64,000 nucleotides of DNA, taken from Schmidtea nova. Lineage: Eukaryota. Position 1 is the stretch's first letter, and every line of letters begins with the position of its first letter. Under the pieces are notes generated by a model. The model was not told where the DNA came from. It ran no database searches and saw only the letters and a program-made list of their open reading frames with translations. The DNA is taken from positions 255,874,001 through 255,938,000 of the forward strand of contig CM097882.1 in the NCBI GenBank assembly GCA_044892505.1, given 5' to 3'. Below, in pieces: positions 10,307-22,300 of the stretch. The position numbers and the translations under genes were made by a program.

Positions 10307-13300
10307 TATGATGAGAGCAACCAATCAAACAAATACCCACGAGAAAGAGACTGTACCAGAAATAAATCCAACAAACCCGAATCCAACCAACAACGAAGGC
10401 CGAAAAGAGATAATACAAGAAGATGAAGAAGCAGAAAAAGAAACAGAAAAGGAAGTAGAAAAAGAAGGGAACCAAGAAGAGAAAAGGAAACTCGGGAAAA
10501 GAGGAATGATGGTAATTTTGCCAAACAAGCACGTGTTTCGATTCCAATATAACATAAAAGAAGAAGTAGAAATATTGTTCAATAAAGTGAATGAAATGGC
10601 TCCAGGAGTAACGAAACTGCCCAGAGAAGCATTCCTAAAAATAGAAGGTGCACCAGAAGTAAAATTGAAACTAACGGATACATGGGAAAACCTGGGAGTA
10701 GTAGAGACAAAAAGAAATGTGATGGTAATCAAGGAAATAGAACCAGAAGGAATTCCATCGCCAGTGCGTCACGAAACACGAATCAGTCGAATATTTAAAG
10801 GGAAAATGATACGAAGACGGTTGGGAGAAATAGACGAGTTAGAACGAAAAATGAGAAAGGTCGGAGTAGTAGACGACAAGAGTGAATCAACACAAAAAGC
10901 TATTAAAAGTGAAACAAGACCAACGGAAAATACACCAAGTGAAATCAACCAAATAAAACACATTAACATGTTGAGAGGCCAGGCAAAGAAATTCTCAGAT
11001 GACGAAGAGGATAGTGACGTCAGTAGTCTAGCCGGAGATATGCTAAACGAACCGGAAATTGAAGACAAAAAGATAGAAGTAGTAAAGACACCAGAAACTA
11101 TTCAAGTAAAAGAGGACGAGATCCAGAAATTATTAGATAACGCGCTAGAAGTAATATATAATGAGGAATTCATTGACAAGAAACACTATAGAAAATTCAT
11201 GAGAGCAATATTACAAATGAACTATAAAGAGTGGTTACCAGGCCGAGAAGTAGAAACACTAAGCCAGTACGTAGGAAAATTATTAAAAGAACCACTCCAT
11301 GAATATATAATCCTAATAGAGATAAAAACATGTTTGCCAAGGATTTGGATCAAAACTCCACTCACGGAAGATATTTATCAATGGGTAGAAGATAGATTAG
11401 GGAGTTCATATAAAAACAAATTCCTCTATTCACAGAATGGACTAGTGAAGAAAAGGACGCATTTGATAGAAACAGGCATATGGCCAGGAGAGGTGACAAC
11501 ACTATCGATATGCGATGATAAGAGAGAAGAGAACCTACAAGAAGTAGCAAAGGAAGCAAATATGTGTTTCGAGAAGAAGATAAAACCACGGTTAGAATAT
11601 GAGAAAGGACGAATCTTACGAGGAAATCTAAATTCCATGATAGAACAAATCATCCCACAAATCAAAAAACATAGAAAGGAGTTAATGAGAAGCGAATACG
11701 AAAAGTTGAAACGATGTATCGAATGCATACGTGACACAAGTCACACGAGATGGTCACAGATCTCATACGGAAAAGTAATTGCAAAAATGGGAAAAGCAAT
11801 GTTCAGACAAGGGAAAATAACAGATCTGAAAATTGCAGTAGAGTTACCTAATGAGGATACCAAAGAAATTGAAGTGGTAGCAGATTGTACCATAAAAGAA
11901 TTAGTAAATGTCATCAACGAGACACTATTACAAAGAGAACCAGAAGAAGAATGGGAAGATGACATAATCATGAAATACAACGAACATGTATTATGGGATC
12001 ACGATGAAAGACGGCTATATAAAATTGGTATATGGGATAATCACCAAACCATCCACGTTATCAGAATGGACGATACACCAAGAGAAACTGCTAAGGATGA
12101 GAAAAGAGAACGGGAACGACAAAAAGAAGTTGTGCATAAATTACAACAAATAGTAGACATTTATCGAAATTGGCGGATTTGGCCAGAATGGGAAGATGTA
12201 TTAGAAGAACTCAATCTCAACAGACGATTACGAACACCTGTAGAAAAACAATGGAACGAACGAGGAAAATGTTGGGAACCAAAAGCAGGCGAATACGAAG
12301 AGGAATACGGAATAGGCATAGAAGACGATCACAAACCGGAAACCGGAAGAGTCTGTATGGTAACAAGAAAAGCCATGCCAGCAGATTTAGACGGACCAGA
12401 AACGACAACCATGTGGTTGGAAAGAGAAAAACAAAAAACGGAAGAATTTGTCGAAATATTAAAAACCAATGCGCACGGCAAGAGAAAAGTAGTAAAAGGT
12501 CTCGCAGATTTTTTCGTAGTTAATGGAGAAGACATAACATGCTTGCGTAAAGTAGCAAAAGCAATCGCCGAATACAAAAGAGTTAACGAGTGGTGTCCAG
12601 AACAATTGGATCACGTAATTAAAAAATGGAGAAACCAAGAATTCTCGCAGGAATCGCCACAGAAAGTACACCTAAGAATAGTATATCCGAACCAAGAAAA
12701 GGAAGAGTTTTGGGTAGGGATAGCGGAGAAAGTTCGAGACATTAAAAAGAAATTGAGATATGAACCACCATTCCATTTACAACACCAAGGACGATCATTA
12801 GATAACAGCTTAGAAATTGGAATAACGCCAGCGCAATTAGATATCGCAAATACATTGACAGTAGCAGCAATAGCAGGTCAACCATTGAAATTGAAAGAGG
12901 AAAAGAAACCAAAAGGAAGTATGAGTACGCCGAGCCCAATGAAATCGGTAATGACTCCAGGAACAAGCTCAGAACAAGCTAGAACAACACCAAGAGAGAC
13001 AAGAGAAAGAACACCACCAGAACCATACGATGTAGACGAAATTTTTACAGATAGCGATGATATGTTAGAGGAGTTAATAGAGCTAACAAAAGAGAAAGAT
13101 GATAATATTTTCGAAAGAATTCAAGAATTACCAACAGCAATACCGGTAACCAACACCGAAGATGAAGTCGAACAAGAAATAATCATAGAAGAAGTAAATG
13201 AAATAGCAGAAGAGGAAGCAAGGAGGGCAAATGTAGAAAACGTACAATTCACACAAGAAATGGAAAGATGGTTAGAAGAAAGAGCCAATGAACCAAGAGA

Positions 13301-16300
13301 CGTCACAGAAGAAACTGGACGAGAAACAAGATTAGTAGAAACGGGCACGACAATGGATAAACGACCTAGAGGTAGACCCAAGATGGATCCAGCAAATGTA
13401 GTTATAAAATCAAGAGAGGAAAAAAGACGGGATCAATGGGATTTGTGTCTAAAGAAACTAAATAAAATAGCCGTAACGAAAGAAAAAGAAACAACACAAA
13501 CATACCAAGGCGAGGAATGGATATCAAAGATGTTAATGGAAATACTGGCAATAATCGATCCGGAATTAAAGAAATGGTGGAGAATAAATGAAATAAGCGA
13601 AAGGGCGAAATCACTGCATAGCGCCATCGCACCAATCCTACCAGAACTAATAAAAGAGAAGACAAGGTCAAATCACCTAGATTGGCAAGGAACCACGATG
13701 TTGATAAAGAAGTTAACGGAAGGAGCAGAGACGGATAACAAATATTTAATAGCTATGGCATACACCATCTACAATCTGCTGACACTGAGTAGAGGTCGAC
13801 TGAAACCCACAGCACTTGAAAGACATATAAAGAATACAGCCAAAATTATAGAGAAAGAAATAGAACCGTACATCATCAGTAAAGGAGGATGGGAAACATT
13901 CACAAAAACGAACCAAAAGAAAAACCAAGCCAAAAATATGAAAAAGAAATTCGAAGAGATATTGGGAGAATTGGAAAAGGAAAAGTCGGGAACAGGAAAC
14001 GGGAAATCATCACTAAACCTGAGTTCTATCATTATGATGATGTTAATATGGATGATTAGTACTGACGGAGCAACAGCATTTGAAGTATTCGATTGTGATC
14101 AAATGGCATTAGGTGAGAAATATTCACTACGAGGGACAGAACAATGTAAGGACGCAACCCCAACGGAGCTAAAAACATTAAAAAAGAGACAATTATACCA
14201 CGTATATCAGGAAGCTGAACTGATAAGAACAATGGTCAGAGAATGCAAAGTTTATAAAACCAGATTTGCTTTTTATTGTGGGCACCGCCATTATTCAGCA
14301 ATCGTGATGCCAGGAACGGAAAGAGAATCGGTAATGCTGCAAGGAGAAGACTGTGAAAAATTATTTAAACATGGAGAAGTAGAGACTAGAGATAGAGTAA
14401 AGATAAGAGGAAAAACGGGAGTGATATTGCAACAAACATATTATGTAGCAGGAGCTATTACGGGAGGAGAAGGGTACTGCCAAGGAGCAACATATCCAAT
14501 ATTCGGAGTAGCAGCAACAAACCTAGTGGTAATAGATACGTTTACAGTGGAACTAAAAACGTACGAGGCATTCTTCGATCCAACGACGGGAGAAATGAAA
14601 ACTCTACCTATGTGCAAAATCGAGTCAAACACTTGTCAGACTGGTATGTCAACCCTAACCTACCAGATACGAGGAAAGGAATGTCAACTACAACTGTTAA
14701 AGGAAGCAGAATTCGATGAGATACAAGGGAAAACCTTCCAAGAGGAAGAAGAAGACGAGGCAGCAAGAGGAAAAATACTTCAAGACACAGTACGGGGAGA
14801 GAAAAAGATTGAAACCCGAACACAAGAAAAACAAATTAAAATGAGAAATACACCAACGGTACTAATTACCTCAGATGCAGATATCGGAATGAGGTTTGTA
14901 AAAGGAAAAACAGCCTTGAAATGCGGAGTAGCCATGTTGGAAACCAACTACCCCGGCATTTTTGTATCAAAACAAGAAGTACCTAGTGCGAAACGCAAAG
15001 TACACACGAACGATGTTAAATTACACCTTTACATGAACAATAAAATGGATTTTCTATTCCATAGAGGACAAGCGTCACTACAAAAAGTGTATTACGATTT
15101 AATAAACAACGATTGCATATTAAATAGGGAAATATTAAAGACAAAATTAGCAGTAGCAATCACAAACCCGGATAGTGCAATGCCATTATTACCATTAAGA
15201 GAAGGTCATTTTGGAAGAGTAGTCGGAGAGGTCATGTACGTATACATATGTAAAAAGACAAATGCGAAGGTAGCGACAATGACAAAACTACAACCAGGTC
15301 AGTGTACTAACGAACTAGAAATCGAATATAAAGGGAAAGTAAGATATGTACAACCAGTGACAAGAATCATAAATCCAATAAGCTTCGAACCAAATCCTTT
15401 CAATTGCAGCAACGCATATGGACCACTATACCAAAAACCAGACGGAAATTGGGTTATGTTTCCGTCAAGAACAGAGGTACCAGCACCAAGGGAATTTGAA
15501 TTGATGCAACTATCAAAAGGACGAAAATTTAAAGACGTAGACGTAAGCAATATGGGATTCTATAGCGCAAAGGATTTAGAAGCAGCAAGACAAAACATAC
15601 TATTTCCGGCAAGACGAGAAGCGGTGTTATCCAGTATTGTAACAATAACAGGAGGAACAAATTACCAAGGTGGACCAAATTACGAATTATTATTGTCACC
15701 AGCCCACTTTAAGAAGGCAACGGAAAACATGATGAAAGCGATGTGGGGAAGATTTTTAATATTTGGACAAATGATGGCAGGAATACTTGGTGTTATACTA
15801 ATTATACAAATAATACGGGTAATAATAACGCAAATGTTAGCCTGTTTTGACATCTATAAAAGAGAAAAGAAAGTAAATTGGAAATTGGTGGTAGGATTCT
15901 TACCATTTCTGGCTAAAACAATGGTATTACACGGTCATTCGAAAGATATTCACCGAATAAAGAGACTCCTAAAAATACTGGCAAAAATGAAAGGAACCGA
16001 TGAAGAGGTGGGACGAAAATTTAAAAAGATAATGAATAACGAGCAAGCAAGACAACAACTAAAGAAAGAGAGAAAAGGACTATGGGAAAGAATGAAAGGG
16101 TACAGAACCCAAGACGATTCCAGTGACGACGATGATGATGATAACGAAGGAGGTCAAGTATTTAAAAATCAAGTACCACAGTATGTCGAAAAGAATCCAG
16201 CGGAAATGTGGAAGTGTTACGCACCCCCACCAACTATGTACCAAGAACCAACACCAGGGATGAGACAAAATACAATGCAAATGATGCCGATGACAAACAT

Positions 16301-19300
16301 ATATCCTATGATACCAGAAGACTATAGAACGAGACGGTGCAGAAGCGTAGATCCGCAAGGAGACTCACATACAATTGCAGTAATGTCATCAAACACCGGT
16401 CCAGTATTAACTACAACAATCGAAATTAACGGAAGGGAAATTGAAGCGATGATTGATACAGGAGCAAATATCTCAGCAATAGATATAAAATGGATACCAC
16501 AAGAACAAAGACGGGATATTGAGAGAACCAACGTTCACGTAATAGCATGCAGTAAAGAAGTAGTAGAAGTTTCCGGAAGATGGCGGGTAAAGATAAAACA
16601 TCAAAACACGGAAATCGAAACGTACGTAGCAGTAATACCAGCACTGAGCGTACCATGCATTATAGGTACGGATCTGATGCCAGCATTATTTAAAGAAATA
16701 GTTATTGACCTCGGAACAATGAGATTAAAGGATAGGACAGGACAGATATGCGCAATAGAAGCAAAAGTAACAAGTTCGAAACAAATAATCGTACCAGCAC
16801 GGAGAGAGAAAATATGTTTCGTAAAAATAGATCCTACAATAGAAGGTGACATAATCTTTGAACCCAGTAAAAGATTTGAAAAGAGAAAGTCGTTGCCAAT
16901 GGCAAGGGGATTAGTGAGTGCGAATGACAACGGAGAAATCCCAATAAATGTAGTAAATTTCGATGAAGAGGATAAAATAATTTATGAAAATGAAAGATTA
17001 GGTAAACTAACTCCAATGATAGATATCGAAATACCAATAAAAGAAGGAGTAAAAGAGGAGGAACCCACTTGGAACATTGATAGCCAACTATTAAATGAGG
17101 ACCAAAAGAAACAGCTAGAAAGATTACTGATGGAATATAAAGACATATTCGCAACATCCGATTTAGATTTAGGGACATGCGACGTCACACTACATACGAT
17201 TCCACTAACAGACGAAACGCCGATTGCGTTAAGACCATACAAGTTAGCTGAAGCGCAAAAATCAGTAGCAGAAGCAGAGGTACAGAAAATGCTAGACGCA
17301 GAAGTAATTGAACCAAGCTGCTCACCGTGGCAATTCCCAGTTGTAATGGTGAAAAAGAAAGACGGAACACAACGATTTTGTATTGATTATCGGAGATTAA
17401 ATGCAGTTACAAAAAGGGATACATACCCATTACCAGACATCAACGAGATGTTATTGACATTACAAGGAGCGGCATACTTTACATCATTAGATTTGAAAAG
17501 CGGATACTGGCAAATTAAAATGAAGGAGGAAGACAAAGAGAAAACTGCTTTCACTATCGGAAGAGACTTGTACCAATTTAGGAAAATGCCATTCGGACTA
17601 ACCAATGCGCCAGCATCATTTCAAAGATGTATGAATTTCGTTACCCACGGCATAAAACAATGCATGGTTTACATTGATGACCTACTAATCTACTCAAGCA
17701 CATTTGAACAACACATCCAAGATATCAGAGATGTATTTGTGAGATTGAGACAATGGAAACTTAAGCTCAAACCATCGAAATGCGATTGGGCAAAAGAGAA
17801 AGTGACATTCTTAGGACATATTGTGTCCGCAAAAGGAAAGGAACCAGATCCCAGAAACATTGATAAAGTAAAAGAATGTCCAGTACCAAAGACGATAACG
17901 CAGATCCAAGAATTTCTCGGATTATGCGGTTACTATAGAAAATTCATAAAGGATTACGCAGGAATTGCAAAACCAATCCAGGAGCTAGTAAAGAAAGACG
18001 TATCGTTCATATGGGGAAGCGAACAACAAACAGCCTTCGAAACATTACGAGATAAGTTAATAACTGCACCAATATTGGTTCACCCGGATTTCAAGAAGCC
18101 ATTTTTACTCGCAACCGACGCAAGTGGATATGCAGCAGGAGCAGTGTTAGGACAATATGATGACGAGGGAAAAGAGCGGGTAATCGGATATTATAGCAGA
18201 ACATTCAAGAAACACGAGAAGAATTATTCAGTAACGGAAAGAGAAGCATTGGCGATAATATTAGCAATAAAACACTTTAAATATCTACTATGGGGACACG
18301 TTATATGCATAACCACGGATCATCAACCACTTGTATGGCTAGGACAACACAAGGAAACATCCAGCAGGTTGATGAGATGGGCGATGCAATTACAAGAATA
18401 TTCACCAGATATAAAATTCAAATCAGGAAAAGCGAATGCCAACGCAGATTGTATGTCAAGATTAACGTTTCCAGAACTAACAGACCCAGAAGTGCAAAGA
18501 ATATGCATAGTGATAGCAGAGGACTTGGATTTCAGTGAGTTAAAGAAAGATCAGCAAGAGGATAAAGAACTAAAACCCATCATAGAATTTCTAAGCTCAC
18601 GAAATATGGATGTATTCGAAGACAATGCGGAGTTAAAAGAACACATGAGGAAATACCAACACCGATACACAATAGAAAAAGGATGGTTGTTAATACAAGA
18701 TGGAGAAAAACGATTAATGTGTCTGCCAAGTAATAGACGAAAAGAGATAATAACTCAATACCATGACGGAAAGCTAGGAGGACACATGTCCTCTAAGAAA
18801 ACATTAGATCGTATGAGACAGAAATATTATTGGCCAACAATGGACGAAGACGTAAAGGAATGGATAAAGAACTGTTTAACTTGTGCCACAAGAAAGGATA
18901 GTGGGAAGAAATGGAAAAATCCCTTAAAACCCATGCCAATACCAGCGGAACCAATGACTACCATTGCGATGGATGTAATAGGACCATTGCCAGAAAGTTT
19001 AAACGGGAATCAATATATATTGGTAATAACGGATTATTTGACTAAATTCCCTGAAGCATTTGCGATGCCGGATCAAAAAGCAAAGACCGTAGCAAGAATT
19101 TTAGTAGAGGAAATATGTTGTCGATACGGAACCCCGAAACAAATACTAACAGATCAAGGAACAAATTTTATGAGCGAAATACTAGATGAAGTAACAAATT
19201 ACTTCAGAATAGCTAAATTACGAACGTCACCATATCATCCGCAAACCAATGGACAAACGGAAAGATTTAACGGCACATTGATTCGAATGTTATCCAATTA

Positions 19301-22300
19301 TGTAAGCAAACACCAAACAGATTGGGATGAATACGTAAAGCTATGTCTAATGGCATACAGAATGTCGATACACGCAGCAACAAAATTGAGTCCATTTCAA
19401 TTAATGTATGGAAGGGAATGCAATATGCCAATAGATCTTGAATATCAACCACCTTTGTCTCAATATATGGAGGAAGATGATTACGTCACCAAATTCAAAG
19501 AACGAATGCAAGAGATATGGAAGACAGCTGAACTGAACATAAAGTTTTACCAAGAAAGTTACAAGGACCTACACGATCAAAAGAAAAATGTTAAAACAAA
19601 TGATCTTAAACCAGGAGATTGGGTAATGATAGAAACCCCAGAAATAATACCAGGAACCGTTAAAAAACTACAAAGACCAGGAAAAGGCCCTTACGAAGTT
19701 ATATACAAAAAGGAAAACAATGTGAAGGTAAAACTTGTTAATCGACCATTGATACGACCAATATACGTTAATACATGCAGATGTAAAAAAGTACCAAAGA
19801 CAATAACCACAGCGCCAGAAGAACGAATAATAACCAGATCCCAGACAGCCAGAATGAATATGCTCAGAGCAACCAATGAAAGTACCGAAGCAGAGAACAA
19901 TCAACGAGAAAAAAGAAACAAGGAAATTGTACTAAAAGCCAGAGAAATAATGGGAAAATGGCATGTCAGAGACGATATATTAAGAGATATTCAGTCGATA
20001 ATTAGTGATTACGCAAGGGGACTACCAACAAAACCAGTCATTTCAGAACTACTGGAAAAGATTCCAGAAATACTTTCACTAGAAGACATAGGAGGACAAC
20101 CAGCATTACATAACGCCATAAAATGGGGAGAGGTAGAGAGAGTAAAAGAATTTCTAAAAATCGCTAAGGAAACAAACCAACACCTTGGTTTTGGGAATAA
20201 CGAACAAGAAACACCCTTAATGGTAGCAGCCATCTACAAATCGGATAAAGCAATAATAGACCTTTTGATAAATGCCGATTTCAACTGGACGGAACGCGAT
20301 AGAGAAAACAAAACGGTCTTGAATCACGCAATATGGAGCTCAAATCAGATAATGCTCAAACAAATAATCGAGAAGGCCACTTGGGAAATAGACGAACTGA
20401 TCAAAGGTGATATAATCAAGGAGGCAATAAAAATCGGTAACTGCAAAACAATACGCAAGCTAATAAAATGGAAAAGATCCGAAAATGATACATGGGTATT
20501 AAATATAAACGAAGTATACAGTAAAGGACAAAACGCGTTATTTCAATTCCTATTAAAATTAGTTTGTGATCAGAAAACACTGTTAATATTATTGGACAGA
20601 AGAAAGATCACAATTTCCAAAAACAAAGAGGAGTGTAAATTCGAAAGCGAAAAAGAAGCATTATTCAGGAAAATTAGGGAATGGTGTGCAAAATCGCTAA
20701 CCAAGTCGATAACTTACAAAGATATATCCAATTTTCAAGATAAGTACAAAACGGTGGAGGAAGAGTATGACAAACTAGTAGACATATTAAACCACCCCGA
20801 AAAATGCAAACAATTCCTAGGTCGAAAGGAAAGAGAAAGCAAAAGGAAATTTACACCACTTTTCAGCGCAGAGGTACCATATCAAGAAAGGTTAGATGCG
20901 ATACAGGACAAAGCAAAAGAACTATTACCAGAATTCGAGAATTCTAAACATACACTGGAGATACTCGGATCAATTGTGGAAAAGGTACACGCATATGCGG
21001 AAGGAACTTACAATGAAAACGATATGATGATCATAAAAAGAGAAATGCCAGTGACTTTCTTATTAACAAAGAATGGAGTATTGCCAATACATAGAGCCTT
21101 ACGAGCAGGAAAAGATAGGAGGGTAGTCGAAATTGCACGGTTGATGCAAGATTGCGGAAGTGACATGAACATGAAAGATAAAAAGGGAGATACCCTCATG
21201 ATATTCGCAGCAAGAGCGAACACAAAAACCCGAGTGTTACAGGAACTGTACGAAGCAGGTGCAGGACTCATGGGAAGAACTAACAAAGACAGCTCAATAC
21301 TAGACGTAGCGTTGTTAGCGCACAATTGGGAGGTGATAAATTTCATAAAAACAATCACAAATCAGGAGGAAATAGAATACCTTACAAGGACAGTTAAAAA
21401 AGCTAGCGTACATTCCATGATGCATAACGCTGAACTAACTGAAGCAATACTCAATTGGATGAACCCAAACACCAATGAACCAGCATTCAGGATCAACGAG
21501 TGCATGGAACAAGGCCAAAATTTGTATATAAAGTGTGCATTAATAATAAACAAATGGCCAAAGATAATAGATATCTTCATGAGAAGAAAAGATTTACGAT
21601 TCACAAACAACCCAAAGGAAACAGAACGTACGGACAAATGGAAAGAACTAATGAAAACGTACCTTAATAATTGGATAAAAGCCAAGAAAGAGATTCTAGA
21701 TTGTAAATTAACCGATAAGGAAATACCTAAGCAGGCAGTAACACAAGAATACGAAGCAAGTATACTCACAACCATAACGTATGAAAAAATGATAGAAGCA
21801 GTTAATGTCGAGGACGACATTTTCAACGACCAAAGGGGAGGTGACAATACAGGAAACGACGACGATAGTACTCGAGAAAATCCAGAGGATCATGAGTTAT
21901 CAGATAAAGAGGACAGTGAAGAGAAAGGAAGGGACACAGAGAAAAATGATAAGAACAATGAATTTGGGAAACAAAGAAACAACAACTATAAAAATAAAAA
22001 CGAAGTAAAAAGAACAGGCTACAAACAAACAATAAACCCATTCTTTAAACCAGAACTATTATTACTAACGGTAATCATGACCTTAATTAGTCCAACTCAA
22101 GGAATGATATGTGAAGAAAAAGCGACAATACAAATTGGAAACGCAAAAGGAATCGAACGAGTATGTTGGTCAAAAAAGGACAAAATATCGGGACAAAATA
22201 GTCCAATGGATTGCAGGATCTCAGAATATGAACAAGAAATCATAGAGATCGATGACTTAGAGCTAGATACTTGGTACAGAATGTGCACCGTTCGGAAACC

